From: Felis catus
Lineage: Eukaryota
Assembly: GCF_018350175.1 (NCBI RefSeq)
Contig: NC_058368.1
Span: forward strand, 143,222,001-143,286,000
Length of the DNA: 64,000 nucleotides
Direction: 5' to 3'
The notes under the pieces are model-generated. The model ran no database searches, had not been told where the DNA came from, and saw only the letters and a program-made list of their open reading frames with translations. The translations under genes and the position numbers were made by a program. Shown here one piece after another: positions 34,691-47,030 of this stretch. The stretch's first letter is position 1. The number at the start of each line of letters is the position of its first letter.

Positions 34691-37638
34691 ATATACTAAG
34701 AAATATAGAGTTCTAGGTGGTAGAATTTATAAGTGAATGGTTTTTTAACTCAGTTTTTCAGGGGGTAAACATATGCTATATTTGTAATAAAATTTTAAAC
34801 AAACAACCATCATGCAATATATTTGCTTTAAAAAACACAACTAGTAAAAACATTAAATTTAATTTAAAAAATAAAAAATAAAAAACAATTAGAATGTTAC
34901 CTTGGTGATTACACAGATAAATATATGTGTAAGAATTCAATGAATTGTAGATTTACGCACCTGACAGAATATATGTCTTAAATTTAAAAAAAAAAAAGGT
35001 AAATGACAATTAAAAATATTGTAGTCCTATTGATAATGGATTCATCTCTTGCCCATAGACAACCACTATAAATCAGACACAAATCCCCATTGATCCAAGT
35101 TTTTCCATCAATGAGGTCCACTTAAAGTTCTATTAGGATGTTTAAAAATACCTATAATTATCCTGCACAGCAAGTAAAAAATATAACTGTATGACTGTGT
35201 GAATCAGGAAGCTTGTCCTACAAACTCTCACAATACATCAACTCTAAGAAAGCCAATCATCTCAATCGGAAAAGTTCCCTAACTGGTTCTTCCAGCTAAC
35301 ACAGCATAGAAGGTCATGACAGTTTAACTAACAAAATACAAATATTAGCTGAACCAAGTGCTAAATACAAAAAGTACCAATTCTACTAAAGCCTTCGTGT
35401 TTGGCAGACATTCCACAATATTTAAATGGGTAATATCAGGAATCTAATTAAGGTTGCCTAACACAACTTTTTGGTGACCACTGAGATCAGTTCTCTTCGG
35501 TTCTTCTATAAAAGGCATATTCTGATGTACTGACAAAGCACTAATACCTACTTTTAAAATCTCTTCCAGTCAAAAACAGCCTCTCACCATGTGAGAAAAA
35601 GCTTAGGAGACGCAATCAAACTCTCTTTTGAGACATTTCAGAAAAACAAGTTAGCCTTACTTATCAAGAAAAAAGAGAGCAGTGGAATTAACAAGGAGAG
35701 TACTACTAACAGCAGCTTGAGCACAGCATGTCTCCTACAACAATCTGTATCATGGTAATGAAAATCGTATCAGAAATAAATACGGCGAGACTAAGGAAAA
35801 AAATGAAAAGTTTATATGAATTTATAAGCTAAGCCATAACACAAAATAGACACCTTCCTATCCTTAGTATCCTAAATCAATCACTCTCATATATTATTAT
35901 GGTACTTTGGCAGATATCTAGTATTTGCTTAAGGAACCGGTTAACTATTCTAAACTAAGAATAAACTGCTCCCACCTCCCCACCAGTAATACATTCAGAA
36001 GGCAAATTTCTGCTTAATTCCTTTGAAGAAAGCCTTCATTGAATTAAGATATCAGGCTCCCCGTTGAATTTTTTAATAGATTGATAAAAGAAACTTCCAT
36101 TGAATCCCCATGTTACTCAGTATCCCATGTGACAGTGCTAGGGAAAAACTCGTCTGCTTGCTGTTATATCCAAATAAGACTATAACCTAATACACCTCTC
36201 ACTCATTTGCCAAGAAACTCAGCTATGCTATTTTTCCCTCAGTAATGTAATCTCGGGTGTCTGCTGTATCTACTCATCTGCTTTTCAACAACTGTTTTCA
36301 ACTGTACTGTTTTACTTTGTTCTCGATCTTACAAATTAATGGAAATTCTATGTAGAAACCGAAAGCTTACACATCTAACATAATAAAAACTGAATAGCTT
36401 AAACAGTAGCTTTTGAATTTGAAAAAAACACAGTGCCAAAAAAAAGTTGACAGTTTTTAACCTTTTGCCCTTGGAATGTGATACCTCGACCATTTCCCTT
36501 TTATAAATTAATGAGCACACAAATGAACAACTTCACTCATTTATGCTAATGGAGGAAAGCCATAGATGGGATAATTCAAACTGAGAAATTCAAATATGCC
36601 ACTCCTAGGCCTGAAAACAAAAACCTCAACTTATAAATTGGTGCGTGCTAAATTCTTTGGTTAATTAACATTTGTGAAGACTTACCCTATGGTCAGACAC
36701 TGTTGAAAGCACTTCCCCTGTGTTACTTAATCCTCTCAGCCTTTATGAGGTAGCTACTATTACCCCTCTTTTGAAGGTGAGGATCCTAAGGCACAGAGAG
36801 GGTACATACATAATTTGCTCATAAGATGACACAAGGTAGAGACAGCACGCAAACATAACCTGGCTCTAGAGCGCACAACTTCATCCTAGGCTGTGTCCAT
36901 GGATGGGAAAAGTATTCTTTCGTCATGTAGACCAGACTTTATGCTATAACCAAACATTTGCCTGGCTCTCCCCTGTAATTTTGCTGACTGAAGTGGGATA
37001 GTATGCTACACAACTATGGTTACTCTGCGTGGTAAGCACCGTTAAGAGTACTTCAGTGTTTTCATCGGATGTATATACATGCACTGGTACTACTTACCTT
37101 TCACTTGTATTTTGAAAGCAATTTGTAATCTAACACTTTATTGGAAGGATAGTATGGTTTGGCAGCATCCAAAAACTTATTTTTAGTCACGCCAATTGTC
37201 ATAGTTCTTGAGCTGTTCTTCTGCAAGGAAGACAAAACTCTCTGATCTGTATTTTGATACAGTGATTCCACCTCTTTAACAGAATTCCCTAAGAATACTG
37301 GTGAGGATGTTAGCCTGTGTGAAGTGAAAGCAGTGGTCTTTGAGACTAGATGTTATTAATTTCAAATTACTTCACATCTGCTTCACACACTGGCTAGATT
37401 TAATCATACATAGCATTTCTGAAAAGTATCACATGATAGGAAGAATATGTATATTCTGTTAACATACCTGCACATGTGCAAATATACTTTCTACTTTCTC
37501 CTTTTTTCCCAATCTTGATTTAGTTTCTTTTTAGTAAAAGCATCTAAGAATTTAATACTTCCAGTATTTATTTCATTGAATACTTCACCTCTGATAAAAG
37601 AGTTTTTCCAGGAAAATGTTTCCTTTCGGTTTTTTAAA

Positions 37639-37853
37639 ATTTTTTTTTTTCAACGTTTATTTATTTTTGGGACAGAGAGAGACAGAGCATGAACGGGCGA
37701 GGGGCAGAGAGAGAGGGAGACACAGAATCGGAAACAGGCTCCAGGCTCTGAGCCATCAGCCCAGAGCCCGACGCGGGGCTCGAACTCACGGACCGCGAGA
37801 TCGTGACCTGGCTGAAGTCGGACGCTTAACCGACTGCGCCACCCAGGCGCCCC
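37639..37853 (-). mobile_element. Young SINEC_Fc-like SINE, CpG-intact, 18-bp TSD
   Basis: TSD tcctttcggttttttaaa at 37621-37638 and 37854-37871; many unmutated CpGs. Confidence 0.97.
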
Positions 37854-37883
37854 TCCTTTCGGTTTTTTAAATGTAACTCGCTA

Positions 37884-38095
37884 GGGGTGCATGGGTAGCT
37901 CAGTCAGTTCAGCATCCAACTTCGATTCAGGTCATGGTCTCCCAGTCTGTGAGTTGGAGCCCTACATTGGGCTTTGTGCTGACAGCTCAGAGCCTGGAGC
38001 CTGCTTCAGATTCTGAGTCTCCCTCTCCCTCTGCCCCTCCCCCCCCCCCACTCTCTCTCTCAAAAATAAAAATAAATATTAAAAAAAAGTTTTTA
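37884..38095 (+). mobile_element. CanSINE (feline type)
   Basis: ggggtgcatgggtagctcag; degenerate TSD aaat(g/a)taactc(g/c)ctag. Confidence 0.92.
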
Positions 38096-38301
38096 AAATA
38101 TAACTCCCTAGCTAGTTGTACTTGAGGGGAAGTTGTGTATATGTTCTATAAAAGCTATCTGAACCATGAGAGAATTTACACACAATCAGAAAGGCTAAAT
38201 TTCATAAAAACAAGTTTTGTAAAATGGGTTCCATGAACTACTTTTGAAAGTACTTATTAATTCTCTGAAAATAATGGGACTCTTAAGACCGTGTTTTTCT
38301 T

Positions 38302-38528
38302 TTTTTTTTTTTTAATTTTTTTTTTCAACGTTTATTTATTTTTGGGACAGAGAGAGACAGAGCATGAACGGGGGAGGGGCAGAGAGAGAGGGAGACACAG
38401 AATCGGAAACAGGTTCCAGGCTCCGAGCCATCAGCTCAGAGCCTGATGCAGGGCTCGAACTCAAGGACCGCGAGATCGTGACCTGGCTGAAGTCGGACGC
38501 TTAACCGACTGCGCCACCCAGGCGCCCC
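38302..38528 (-). mobile_element. Young SINEC_Fc-like SINE, 17-bp TSD
   Basis: TSD aagaccgtgtttttctt at 38285-38301 and 38529-38545. Confidence 0.96.
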
Positions 38529-38739
38529 AAGACCGTGTTTTTCTTATAAATCATCACAACTAAATATTTGTGGAGATAGGTGGAAAAACATACTTTACCA
38601 TGTGAAATTGTAAACAGTCTACAGAAAAGGGGAAGTTAACAGGAGACCTCAGGAAACTGGCAGACTTTGAAATGTAAGACTGCATAAAAACACTCTAACA
38701 TACAAAAAGTCAGATTTATTGACATCCCCTTTAAATGAC

Positions 38740-39241
38740 TGTGGAAGGACGAATGCCCCCGATGATACATAGATCCTAAAACCTAAACATGCAAATGTTA
38801 CCTTATTTGGCAAAGGTACTTTGAGGCTATGATTAAGTTAAAGCTCCTCAAATGGGAGAGATTGTTCTGGATTAGATGGGTATACCCTAAACGTAATCTC
38901 AAATCCTTATAAGAAAGTGGCAGAGGGAGATTTAGCTACAAAAGAAGGTTATGTCACAAAGGGAAAAGAGGGAGAGGTTGGAAGATGTGTACAGTGCTGG
39001 CTTTGGAGATGGAAGAGGCCATCAACCGCGAATGCAAGGAATAGAACTCTAGAAGCTGGAAAAGGCAAGGAAGCCATTCTCTCCAGAGGCTCCTGAAGGA
39101 CTGCAGCCCTGCTCACATCTTGATTTCACCTCCAGTGAAACTGATTTTGGATTTCTGACATCTAGAACTTTAAGGGAATAAATATGTGTTGTTTTAAGCC
39201 AAGAACTTTTTTTGGTACAGCAAACATAAGAAACTAATACA
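38740..39241 (+). mobile_element. MaLR solo LTR (MLT1C-like)
   Basis: Starts tgtgg, ends aaactaataca; atgttaccttatttggcaaa, agaagctggaaaaggcaaggaa, ttgttttaagcca. Confidence 0.85.
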
Positions 39242-39255
39242 ACAGTAGATGACAT

Positions 39256-39913
39256 AGTAGTCCCCACCTTATGTCCAAGACGTGTTTCAAGACCTGCAGC
39301 GGATGCCTGAAACCACAGGTAGTACCAAACCCTACATATTCTGTGTTTTTCCCTATACATTTATACTTATGATAGAGTTAAACTTATAAATTGGGCACAG
39401 TAAAAATAACAGTAACTAAGAATATACTGTAATAAAAGTTATGTGGTCTCTCGATCTCAAAATATTTTTATTTAAAAAATTTTTAAATGTTTATTTATTT
39501 TTGAGAGAGAAAAACACAGAGACAGAATGCGACGGGGAGAAGGGCAGAGAGACACAGAGACACAAAATCGGAAGCAGGCTCCAGGCTCTGAGCTGCCAGC
39601 ACAGAGCCCAATGTGGGGCCTGAACCCACGAACTGTAAGATAACAACCTGAGCCAAAGTTGGATGCTTAACCAACTGAGCCACCCAGGCACCCCTCAAAA
39701 TATCTTATTAGACTGTACTCACCCTTTTTGTGATGACGTGAGATGATAAAATGCCTATGTAATGCCAAGTGAGAAGAATGATGCAGGTACTGTGATGCAG
39801 TGGTAGGCTACTATTGACCTTCTGACAAGAGATCAGAAGGAAGATCATCTGCTTCAGAGCTGCAGGTAACTAAAACCGTTGAAACTGAAACCATGGATAA
39901 GGGAGGGGACTAT
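39256..39913 (-). mobile_element. MER44-like (Tigger7-derived) element with nested SINE at about 39470-39694
   Basis: Imperfect TIRs tagtccccaccttat / ggataagggaggggacta; ggatgcctgaaaccacaggtagtacc; SINE TSD tcaaaatat(t/c)ttatt. Confidence 0.8.
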
Positions 39914-40509
39914 GGCACAAATCCTCATCCAGTTAAAATCTACTAATTCTCTACCATTTATAGGATTAGTTTATTCTAAATTCTATTAAAAGTAAGTTTC
40001 TAATCATATTTCTCAAGTAATATGTTTACTCAGTAGGGGAAGAATTCCTGAAAACAGCATAAAATCTTAATAGAAGCAATTTTGAATATCTTAAAGCACT
40101 TTTAGGCAATTTGTTTACCAACTGGGTATCCTCAACTGCAGTGTAATTTGATAAAAATTAAAGCTCAGGAATAAAAAATGATTGCTATGGGAAAAGTTAC
40201 AGTAATTGTTCAAGAATAACAAATGTAGTTGAGTAGTGACTCTATTTTTCTCCCCATTTCACTAAACATCAAGTCAACACGTGATTCGGAAGTAGCACTG
40301 TTGCAAAAATGAAACAGTTGAAGGATGGGGAAAGGTGAAGAAACCAACATTTTGTTAAATTTCTACTACATGTAAATGCCTTATATATACATATATATAT
40401 TCTCATTTCCTTATCAAAATAACATTAAGAGATAACAGGAATCTAAAAAAAACTTACTAAAGGAGGAGGGATTTAACTAATTGGCCACAGGTCACAACTA
40501 GTATCAATG

Positions 40510-40725
40510 TTTTTTTCTTTTGATGTTTATTTTATTTTTGAGAGAGAGAGAAGGGGGGGGCATGAAAAGGAGGGAGCAGAGAGGGAGAAAAGGACATAGG
40601 ATGCAAAATGGAATGGGCTCCACGCTGACAGCAGGGAGCCTGAAGTGGGGCTCAAGCTTACAACTTTGAGATCACATCCAGAGCTGAAGTCTGACACTCA
40701 ACTGACTGAGCAATCCAGGCACCCC
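40510..40725 (-). mobile_element. Diverged CanSINE within MIR
   Basis: Ends actgagcaatccaggcacccc. Confidence 0.82.
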
Positions 40726-41027
40726 AGTATTTCTGACATTGAATAGCATGACTAAATCCAAAGCCCATGACTTTCACTATTCCCAAACAAGAGAATAGTG
40801 TCTGTCAATGAAAACTAGACTTAAATTTCCTTTTTCTTTACTTCTAAGTAACTCAGTAACCAACTCAAAATTTCCTAGCTTACAAATTTTTATGTCAGGC
40901 TAACAAAATACATTCTATTTCCTCATTTCCTTAAGACAAGCATTATAACTATACAAGTTATTATCTACACATAAATATTAGAAAATAGCCTACCTCTTTC
41001 ATTAGATCCTTTTACAAGAATATCTTA

Positions 41028-41240
41028 TTTTATTTTTAATTTTTTTTTAAGTTTATTTATTTGAGAGAGAGAGAGAGACAGCACAAGTTGGGAGGGGCAG
41101 AGAGAGAGGGAGAGAAAGAATTCCAAGCAGGCTCTGCACTGCCAGCGCAGAGCATGACATAGGGCTTGGGCCCACAAACCATGAGATCATGACCTGAGCC
41201 GAAGTCGGATGCTTAACCGACTGAGCCACTCAGACGCCCC
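41028..41240 (-). mobile_element. CanSINE (SINEC)
   Basis: Degenerate TSD tacaaga(a/g)tat(c/t)tta. Confidence 0.9.
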
Positions 41241-41674
41241 TACAAGAGTATTTTAAAACACAAAAATATTCAGCACTCAAACTACAAATCTAAATATATA
41301 ACATTTAAAGAAGTAAAATACAATCAGCACAAAGAAATCAACAGAAACAGACCCATAAATGACACTGATAGGATAAGTAGACAAGGACATTAAAACATTT
41401 ATTGTAACTACAGTCCACAGGTTCAAGAAGGCTGAGGAAAGCACAACCATGTTAAGGAGAGTCTTGAAGATATATAAAAGCTTCAAATCAATTTTCTAGT
41501 GATGACTAATATGCTGGTTGTAATTAATAGCCAACTAGACATTGCAGGAGGAAAAAAAAAAAACAAGTTAATGTGAAGATATAGAAATAGAAACTATCCA
41601 AAATAAAGCACAGAGGGGAAAAAAAAATCACTAAAAAAAATTAAGTATTCATGTGATTATTGAAAACAATTCCG

Positions 41675-41910
41675 AGGCGCCTGGGTGGCTCAGTCAGTTG
41701 AGCCTCCGACTTCAGCTCAGGTCATGATCTCATGGCTCGTGAGTTCGAGCCCTGCATCAGCCTCTGTGCTGACAGCTCAGAGCCTGGAGCCTGTTTCAGA
41801 TTCTTTGTCTCCATCTGTCTCCAGCAGCCCCTTCCCTGCTCATGCCCTGTCTCTGTCTCTCTCAGAAATAAACAAACATTAAAAAATTAAAAAAACAAAA
41901 AACAAAAAAC
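41675..41910 (+). mobile_element. CanSINE (feline type)
   Basis: gaggcgcctgggtggctcagtcagttgagc. Confidence 0.92.
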
Positions 41911-42747
41911 AATTTGAAGAGGCCTAATACACATCTAACTGAAGTCCTCAAAGATGGGAGAGACGAAAAAAATGCATGAAGAAATACGGTTGAAAAATTT
42001 CCAAATTTGATATCATAAAGCCACAGACCCAAAAAAACTCAATAAATCAGAAGCACAAAGAGAAACGTGAAGACAATTATACCAAGGTATACCACAATTA
42101 AATTGCCTAAAAACGACAATGGAGAAAAAGTCTTAAGCAGTCTTAGGGTGGTGGGGCACGTTACATAAACAGGAACAACGATAAGAATGACAGCAGACTT
42201 CTCATCAGAAGCAACTCAACCCAGGAGACAGCAGCACAACATCTTACAAGTACAGAAAGGAAAGAACTCATCAAACATTCTCTACCCAGAAAAAATTCTT
42301 TCAAAAATGAAATTGAATTTAATAAAAGTGAAAGAAATGAAAATGTCTTGGAACTAGACAAATATGATGTTTACCTAACATGTGAATGCAATGAATGCTA
42401 TATACTTTTAAATGGTTAGTGGTTACTTTCAATGGTTAGTGGTTACTTTCACATTTCATCTCAAAAAAATTCTTTTTAAATGAGGGTGAAATGATTTTCT
42501 CAAACACACAGAAATTGAGAGACTTCATCATCAGTTGATCGGAAACCTAAAAAGATATTAAAAAGAAGCTTCAGGTAGAAGAAACTGATACCATATAGCT
42601 ATCTGGATCTACTCAAAGTAATGAGGAACATAAAAATGGTAAATACAACATTTTTTAATTTTTAAAATATCTTTAAAAATAAATGACTCTTTTAGCAAAA
42701 AGTAATCACAATGTACTATAGGGTTTATACTAGAAGTAAAATGTAAG

Positions 42748-42957
42748 TGGGGCACCTGCATGGCTTAGTCAGTTGAGCATTCACCTCTTGATTTCAGTTC
42801 AGGTCATGCTCCTAGGGTCATGGTATCAAGCCCTGTTATCAGGCTCTGTGGTGAATGTGCAGCCTGCTTAAGTTATTTCTTTCTCTCTCCCTCTCTCTCT
42901 CTCTCTCTGCCCTGCCCCTCTACCCAACTTGCACATGCTTTCTCTAAAATAAAATAA
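42748..42957 (+). mobile_element. CanSINE (older subfamily)
   Basis: ggggcacctgcatggcttagtcagttgagc; flanks gtaaaatgt. Confidence 0.85.
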
Positions 42958-43071
42958 GGTAAAATGTGTAACAGTAGCACAAAGGTAGAGGATAACACGA
43001 TACTACTGTAAGGTTCTTATTATATGTGAAGTGATATAATATCACCTGAAGGTAGTCTGTGATAAGTTATA

Positions 43072-43807
43072 GAATTGACCCTTGAACAATACAGAGGTTA
43101 AGGGTGCTGAACCCCTGTGTGGTCAAAAACCCATATATAAATTTCACTTCTCCCAAAGTTAACAGCTTACTGTTTGACCAGAAGCCTTACCAATAATATA
43201 AACAGTTGATTAACAAGTAGTTTTTGTTACATTATATTATACACCGTACCCTTACAATAAAACTAGAGAAAAGAAATGTTACTAAAATCCTAAGAAAAAA
43301 TACATTTAGAGTACTGTATTGGGGGGTGCCTGGGTGGCTCAGTCAGATGAGCATCTGACTTTGGCTCAGGTCATGATCTTGTGTTCATGGGTTTAAGCCA
43401 CACATCAGGCTCTGTGCTGACAGCTCAGAGCCTGGAGCCTGCTTCAGACTCTGTGTCTCCTTTTCCCTCTGCCCCTCCCCTGCTCGCATTCTGTCTCTTA
43501 AAAAAAAAAAAAAAAAGGTACTATATTGTGGTACCTTGGTGGCTGAGTCAGTTGGGCTTCTGACTCTTGATTTCAGGTCAGGTCAGGATCTCACAGACAC
43601 GAGATCGAGCCTGAGTCAAGCTCCGCATGAGGCATGGAGCCTGCTTGAGATTCTCTCTCCTTCTGACCCTCCCCCACATGCATGCTCCCAAAACAAACAA
43701 ACAAACAAACAAACAAAAAAGTACTGTATTGATTGAAAAAAATCCACACATAACTCATAACTGGATCTGTGCAGTTCAAACTGGTGTTGTTCAATGGTCA
43801 GCTGTAT
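43072..43807. mobile_element. Tigger2-family MITE with two nested SINEs (43322-43517, 43529-43720)
   Basis: TIR-like ttgacccttgaacaa / ttgttcaatggtcagctgta; accagaagccttaccaataatataaacagttgattaaca. Confidence 0.8.
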
Positions 43808-45201
43808 ACTATAAACTCTAAAGAATCATTTAAAAAAGGAACTAGAGGTAGTTAATAAACCAATAAAATAAATAAAAGGAACCATAAAAGATACTCAAGT
43901 AAGTTTGCCAAAATAAGTCAAAAGAGAGACAGGGAGGAGAACAACAACAACAAAAACAGACAGACAAACAGAAACCAAGTAAAATAGTAGACAAACCTGA
44001 TCATATCAGTAATCATGTTAAATAGACACAATCTAAACATCCCAAGTAAAAGCCAGAGGTTTTAAGATTGGATATAAAGTAATACTCAACTATAAGATGC
44101 TTATTAAAATTTTTAAATCATTAAAAAAATAAAATCATTTAAAACACAAACACACATACAGTTTAAAAGTAAGAGGATGAAAAAATATATACCTTGCAAA
44201 CATGAGTGTACTCCCATCCCCAGACTGTAAGCTCCATGGGGGCAAGGGCCATGTAAATTCTATCTGCTCTTATTTCTCCAACACCCAACAAGGTGGCATG
44301 CAGTATTTATTAAGCAAATGAAAGCCTTTAGAATTTGTGGAAATTTCTATCCCACATGACTATTCCCAGGCTTACAATATCCAAGGTATTAGCAGCTGTT
44401 CTATTAGCTATACCCCACTGTCTATTCTCTTTGTCCTACCCAATCACAAGGAGGCTGAGAAACCCAGTAAGTAAATTTGTTAGATCTGTGCCAAAAGTGA
44501 AAGGGTAGTGGTTCTGAGTGAGGGTCTGGTTAGGTTTCCTTGAGTAAAGAACATCTATCTGGCTGCTCTGAGAGCACAGTACTGAATATTTCTTAGGCTA
44601 CCATTCTTTGTGAGACCAGCTAGAAGCCTTTTGCCATGAAAGGGATACTAGAGAAATAGAGCAAGAGAAAATGTATTTGTGAATTTGATTTTTAAAAGTA
44701 TAGAGAGATTAAGCAGGGATTCAGCTCTTCCAACTTACACTACCCACCCCCTTTCCCCCACAAAATTTATACATACATGTTTCTCCTCTCTACCCTATCC
44801 TCACCCCAAGCTAGGCAGTAGAACGTGAACTATCAGGAGTTAAAGGACTGACTCCGGGTATTGCTGTATCTGTTCCCTTCCTTCTACAAAGTTTAGAATA
44901 TGCTATTCTTAGTGGGAATTAATACGTGGTGTTAAGATGTGTAAGCTTCATATAATACATTTTAACATTTCAACAGGATTTATGCATGGTACTAGGTATA
45001 TAACACGCTCTAGCCTTCGTGGACTTCAGGAGAAAATTACCAACTGTGACTGTGATTGATCGGTGGTTGCCAAGGAAAATAAAGAGCTATGAGAAAGAAA
45101 GTACACAATGGGAATGGAAGAAAAGGGAACTAATTTAGACTGGATACTTAGCTAAAGAGTGAGAATCAGAGTGTTAACAGCATTTCAGACTCAAATGCAT
45201 G

Positions 45202-45870
45202 TGTGGCAAAATGTGTTTTCCAAAGATGGCTGCAACAGTATCTCTGTCCTTCTTCAAGAACCCTCCCATCCCCTTATCAGGAGGTAGAGTCTATGTCCAT
45301 TCCCCTTAAACTTGAATGGCCCTATAAGACTGGACCAAAATTTTAAGGTAAAAGTGACCCTGTGACTTTAGATGCCAGGCTGTAATAGGCCACTCAGCAT
45401 CAGCCTGGTTCTCTCAGGACACTCACTTTTATTTTATTTATTTTTTATATAAAGTTTATTGTCATATTGGTTTCCATACAACACCCAGAGCTCATCCCAA
45501 CAGGTGCCCTCCTCGATGCCCATCACCCACTTTCCCCTCCCCCCACAAGGACACTCACTTTTACAACCTGGCCACCATGCTGTGAGTAAAGCCAATCAGC
45601 CTATGGAGAGGAACCAAGGCCCCTAGCCTTGGCCGAGTTCTCAGTCAAAAGCAAACATGATCTTGCCAGCTATATGAATGACTCATTTAAAAGTAGATAC
45701 TGCAGCCCCCAGTTAAGCCACCCCAGCTAATGCCACATACCGCAGAGATGAGCCATCCCCACCAAGCCCTGTCCCAAGTTCCAAATTCATGAGCTAATTA
45801 AATGATTGTTGTTATTATAAGACACTAAATTTTGGGTGGTTTGTTATATAGCAAGAGATAATCAAGACAA
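45202..45870 (+). mobile_element. MaLR solo LTR (MLT1G/H-like)
   Basis: tgtggc...ttccaaagatggctgcaaca; ggccaccatgctgtgag; cactaaattttgggtggtttgttatatagcaa. Confidence 0.8.
45432..45547 (-). mobile_element. 5'-truncated feline L1 3' end with 16-bp TSD
   Basis: tttattgtcatattggtttccatacaacacccagagctcatcccaacaggtgccctcctc; TSD aggacactcactttta at 45416-45431 and 45548-45563. Confidence 0.9.
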
Positions 45871-46569
45871 TGTGCAAAGATCCTGAGGCTCGCAAGAACT
45901 TGGCAGTTCCAGAAACTGAAAAGTACAGTGAGGTTTAAAGGCAGATACAGAAAATGATAGCACCAATATCAGCAGCAACTGACAGCTAACACTTGGTATT
46001 TGTGTTATACAGGCATTGTTCTAAGTGACTCATGTATTCTTTAATCATTACAATTCTGTTGGTAGGTACTCTTAAAACACTGATTTTATATGTGGGAAAA
46101 TCAAGGCACAAAATAGTTGAATGACTTGCCAAAGTCCACACACTCAGGCAATCTAGTGCAAAAGCCTATCCTAGGCAAAATTCTATACTGCTTCTCAAAG
46201 GACAGAATGGCATAAAATGAGGTGGAGACAGGTAGATTAAGACCAGGCTATGCAGACTTTTTAGACCATGGTAGAAAGTATAGGTATTAATCGTTGAATA
46301 ATGCGGTAAGACTTAAGCAGAGTGGTCTATGATCCAATTTATATGTAAAAGATCATCCTGGCTGCATGAGAAGAACAGATTAGAAGAAAGGCAATGTTTC
46401 ACAACAAGGTACTGTTTGAGAATAAAATTAGGAAGAACTAAAGTATCATGGTTTTGTAATATAATGGATGGATCAAATTGATTAACATGGAGTCCCATGA
46501 TCAACTTTAACATACAAAAAAAGAAATGCCAAGAAATTTTAATGTGCCTTCTAGAGTAATACAATACAC

Positions 46570-47030
46570 TGGAAGTATACCACACTACCTATAACATATT
46601 CTTGTGGGGGAAAAAAAATTCAAAACTGAGTCCAGTTAAACCTAGATTTAATTGTAAGTTTACCAGTAATAAGAGAACAGAGGAACATGTTAAATGACAC
46701 TATGAGAACATAGCCTGCCAAATCCAGAATGTGGAAGATTTCCAGATGACATATTTGATAAATAGCCAGCAGGAAAGGTGGCTATTATAGATTCAAAGAC
46801 TCAAGAAATTTATCAACCAAATGTAATTTTACAGGTAAAACCATATGATGTCTAGACTTGCTTTAAAATAGTACTAAGAGGATCAGGCAGTATAGATGAA
46901 ACAATATATGCCATATGTATATTAACTGTTGAACCACAGTGAAAGATGACAGGGGGTTATTATACAATTCTCTTAATGTTTTTATATACTTAAAACTTTC
47001 CATAATACAGACTTTAAATTTAAAAAATTT
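46570..47030 (+). mobile_element. L1MC-like 3' fragment
   Basis: cagaggaacatgttaaatgacac...caaatccagaatgtgg...atcaaccaaatgtaat...aaactttccataata. Confidence 0.6.

Larger units (their letters stand above)
41290..44205 (+). mobile_element. Old L1M fragment (ORF1 to start of ORF2) carrying nested SINEs and a Tigger2-family element
   Basis: ORF1-like ataagaatgacagcagacttctcatcagaa and ORF2-start-like catatcagtaatcatgttaaat; no intact ORF. Confidence 0.7.

Noticed and set aside
37616..37870. 84-aa ORF and similar SINE-derived ORFs (4609, 23275, 25533, 28891, 29258, 41685, 47918, 59651 etc.)
   Set aside because: They are translations of CanSINE bodies and recur at every copy; not genes.
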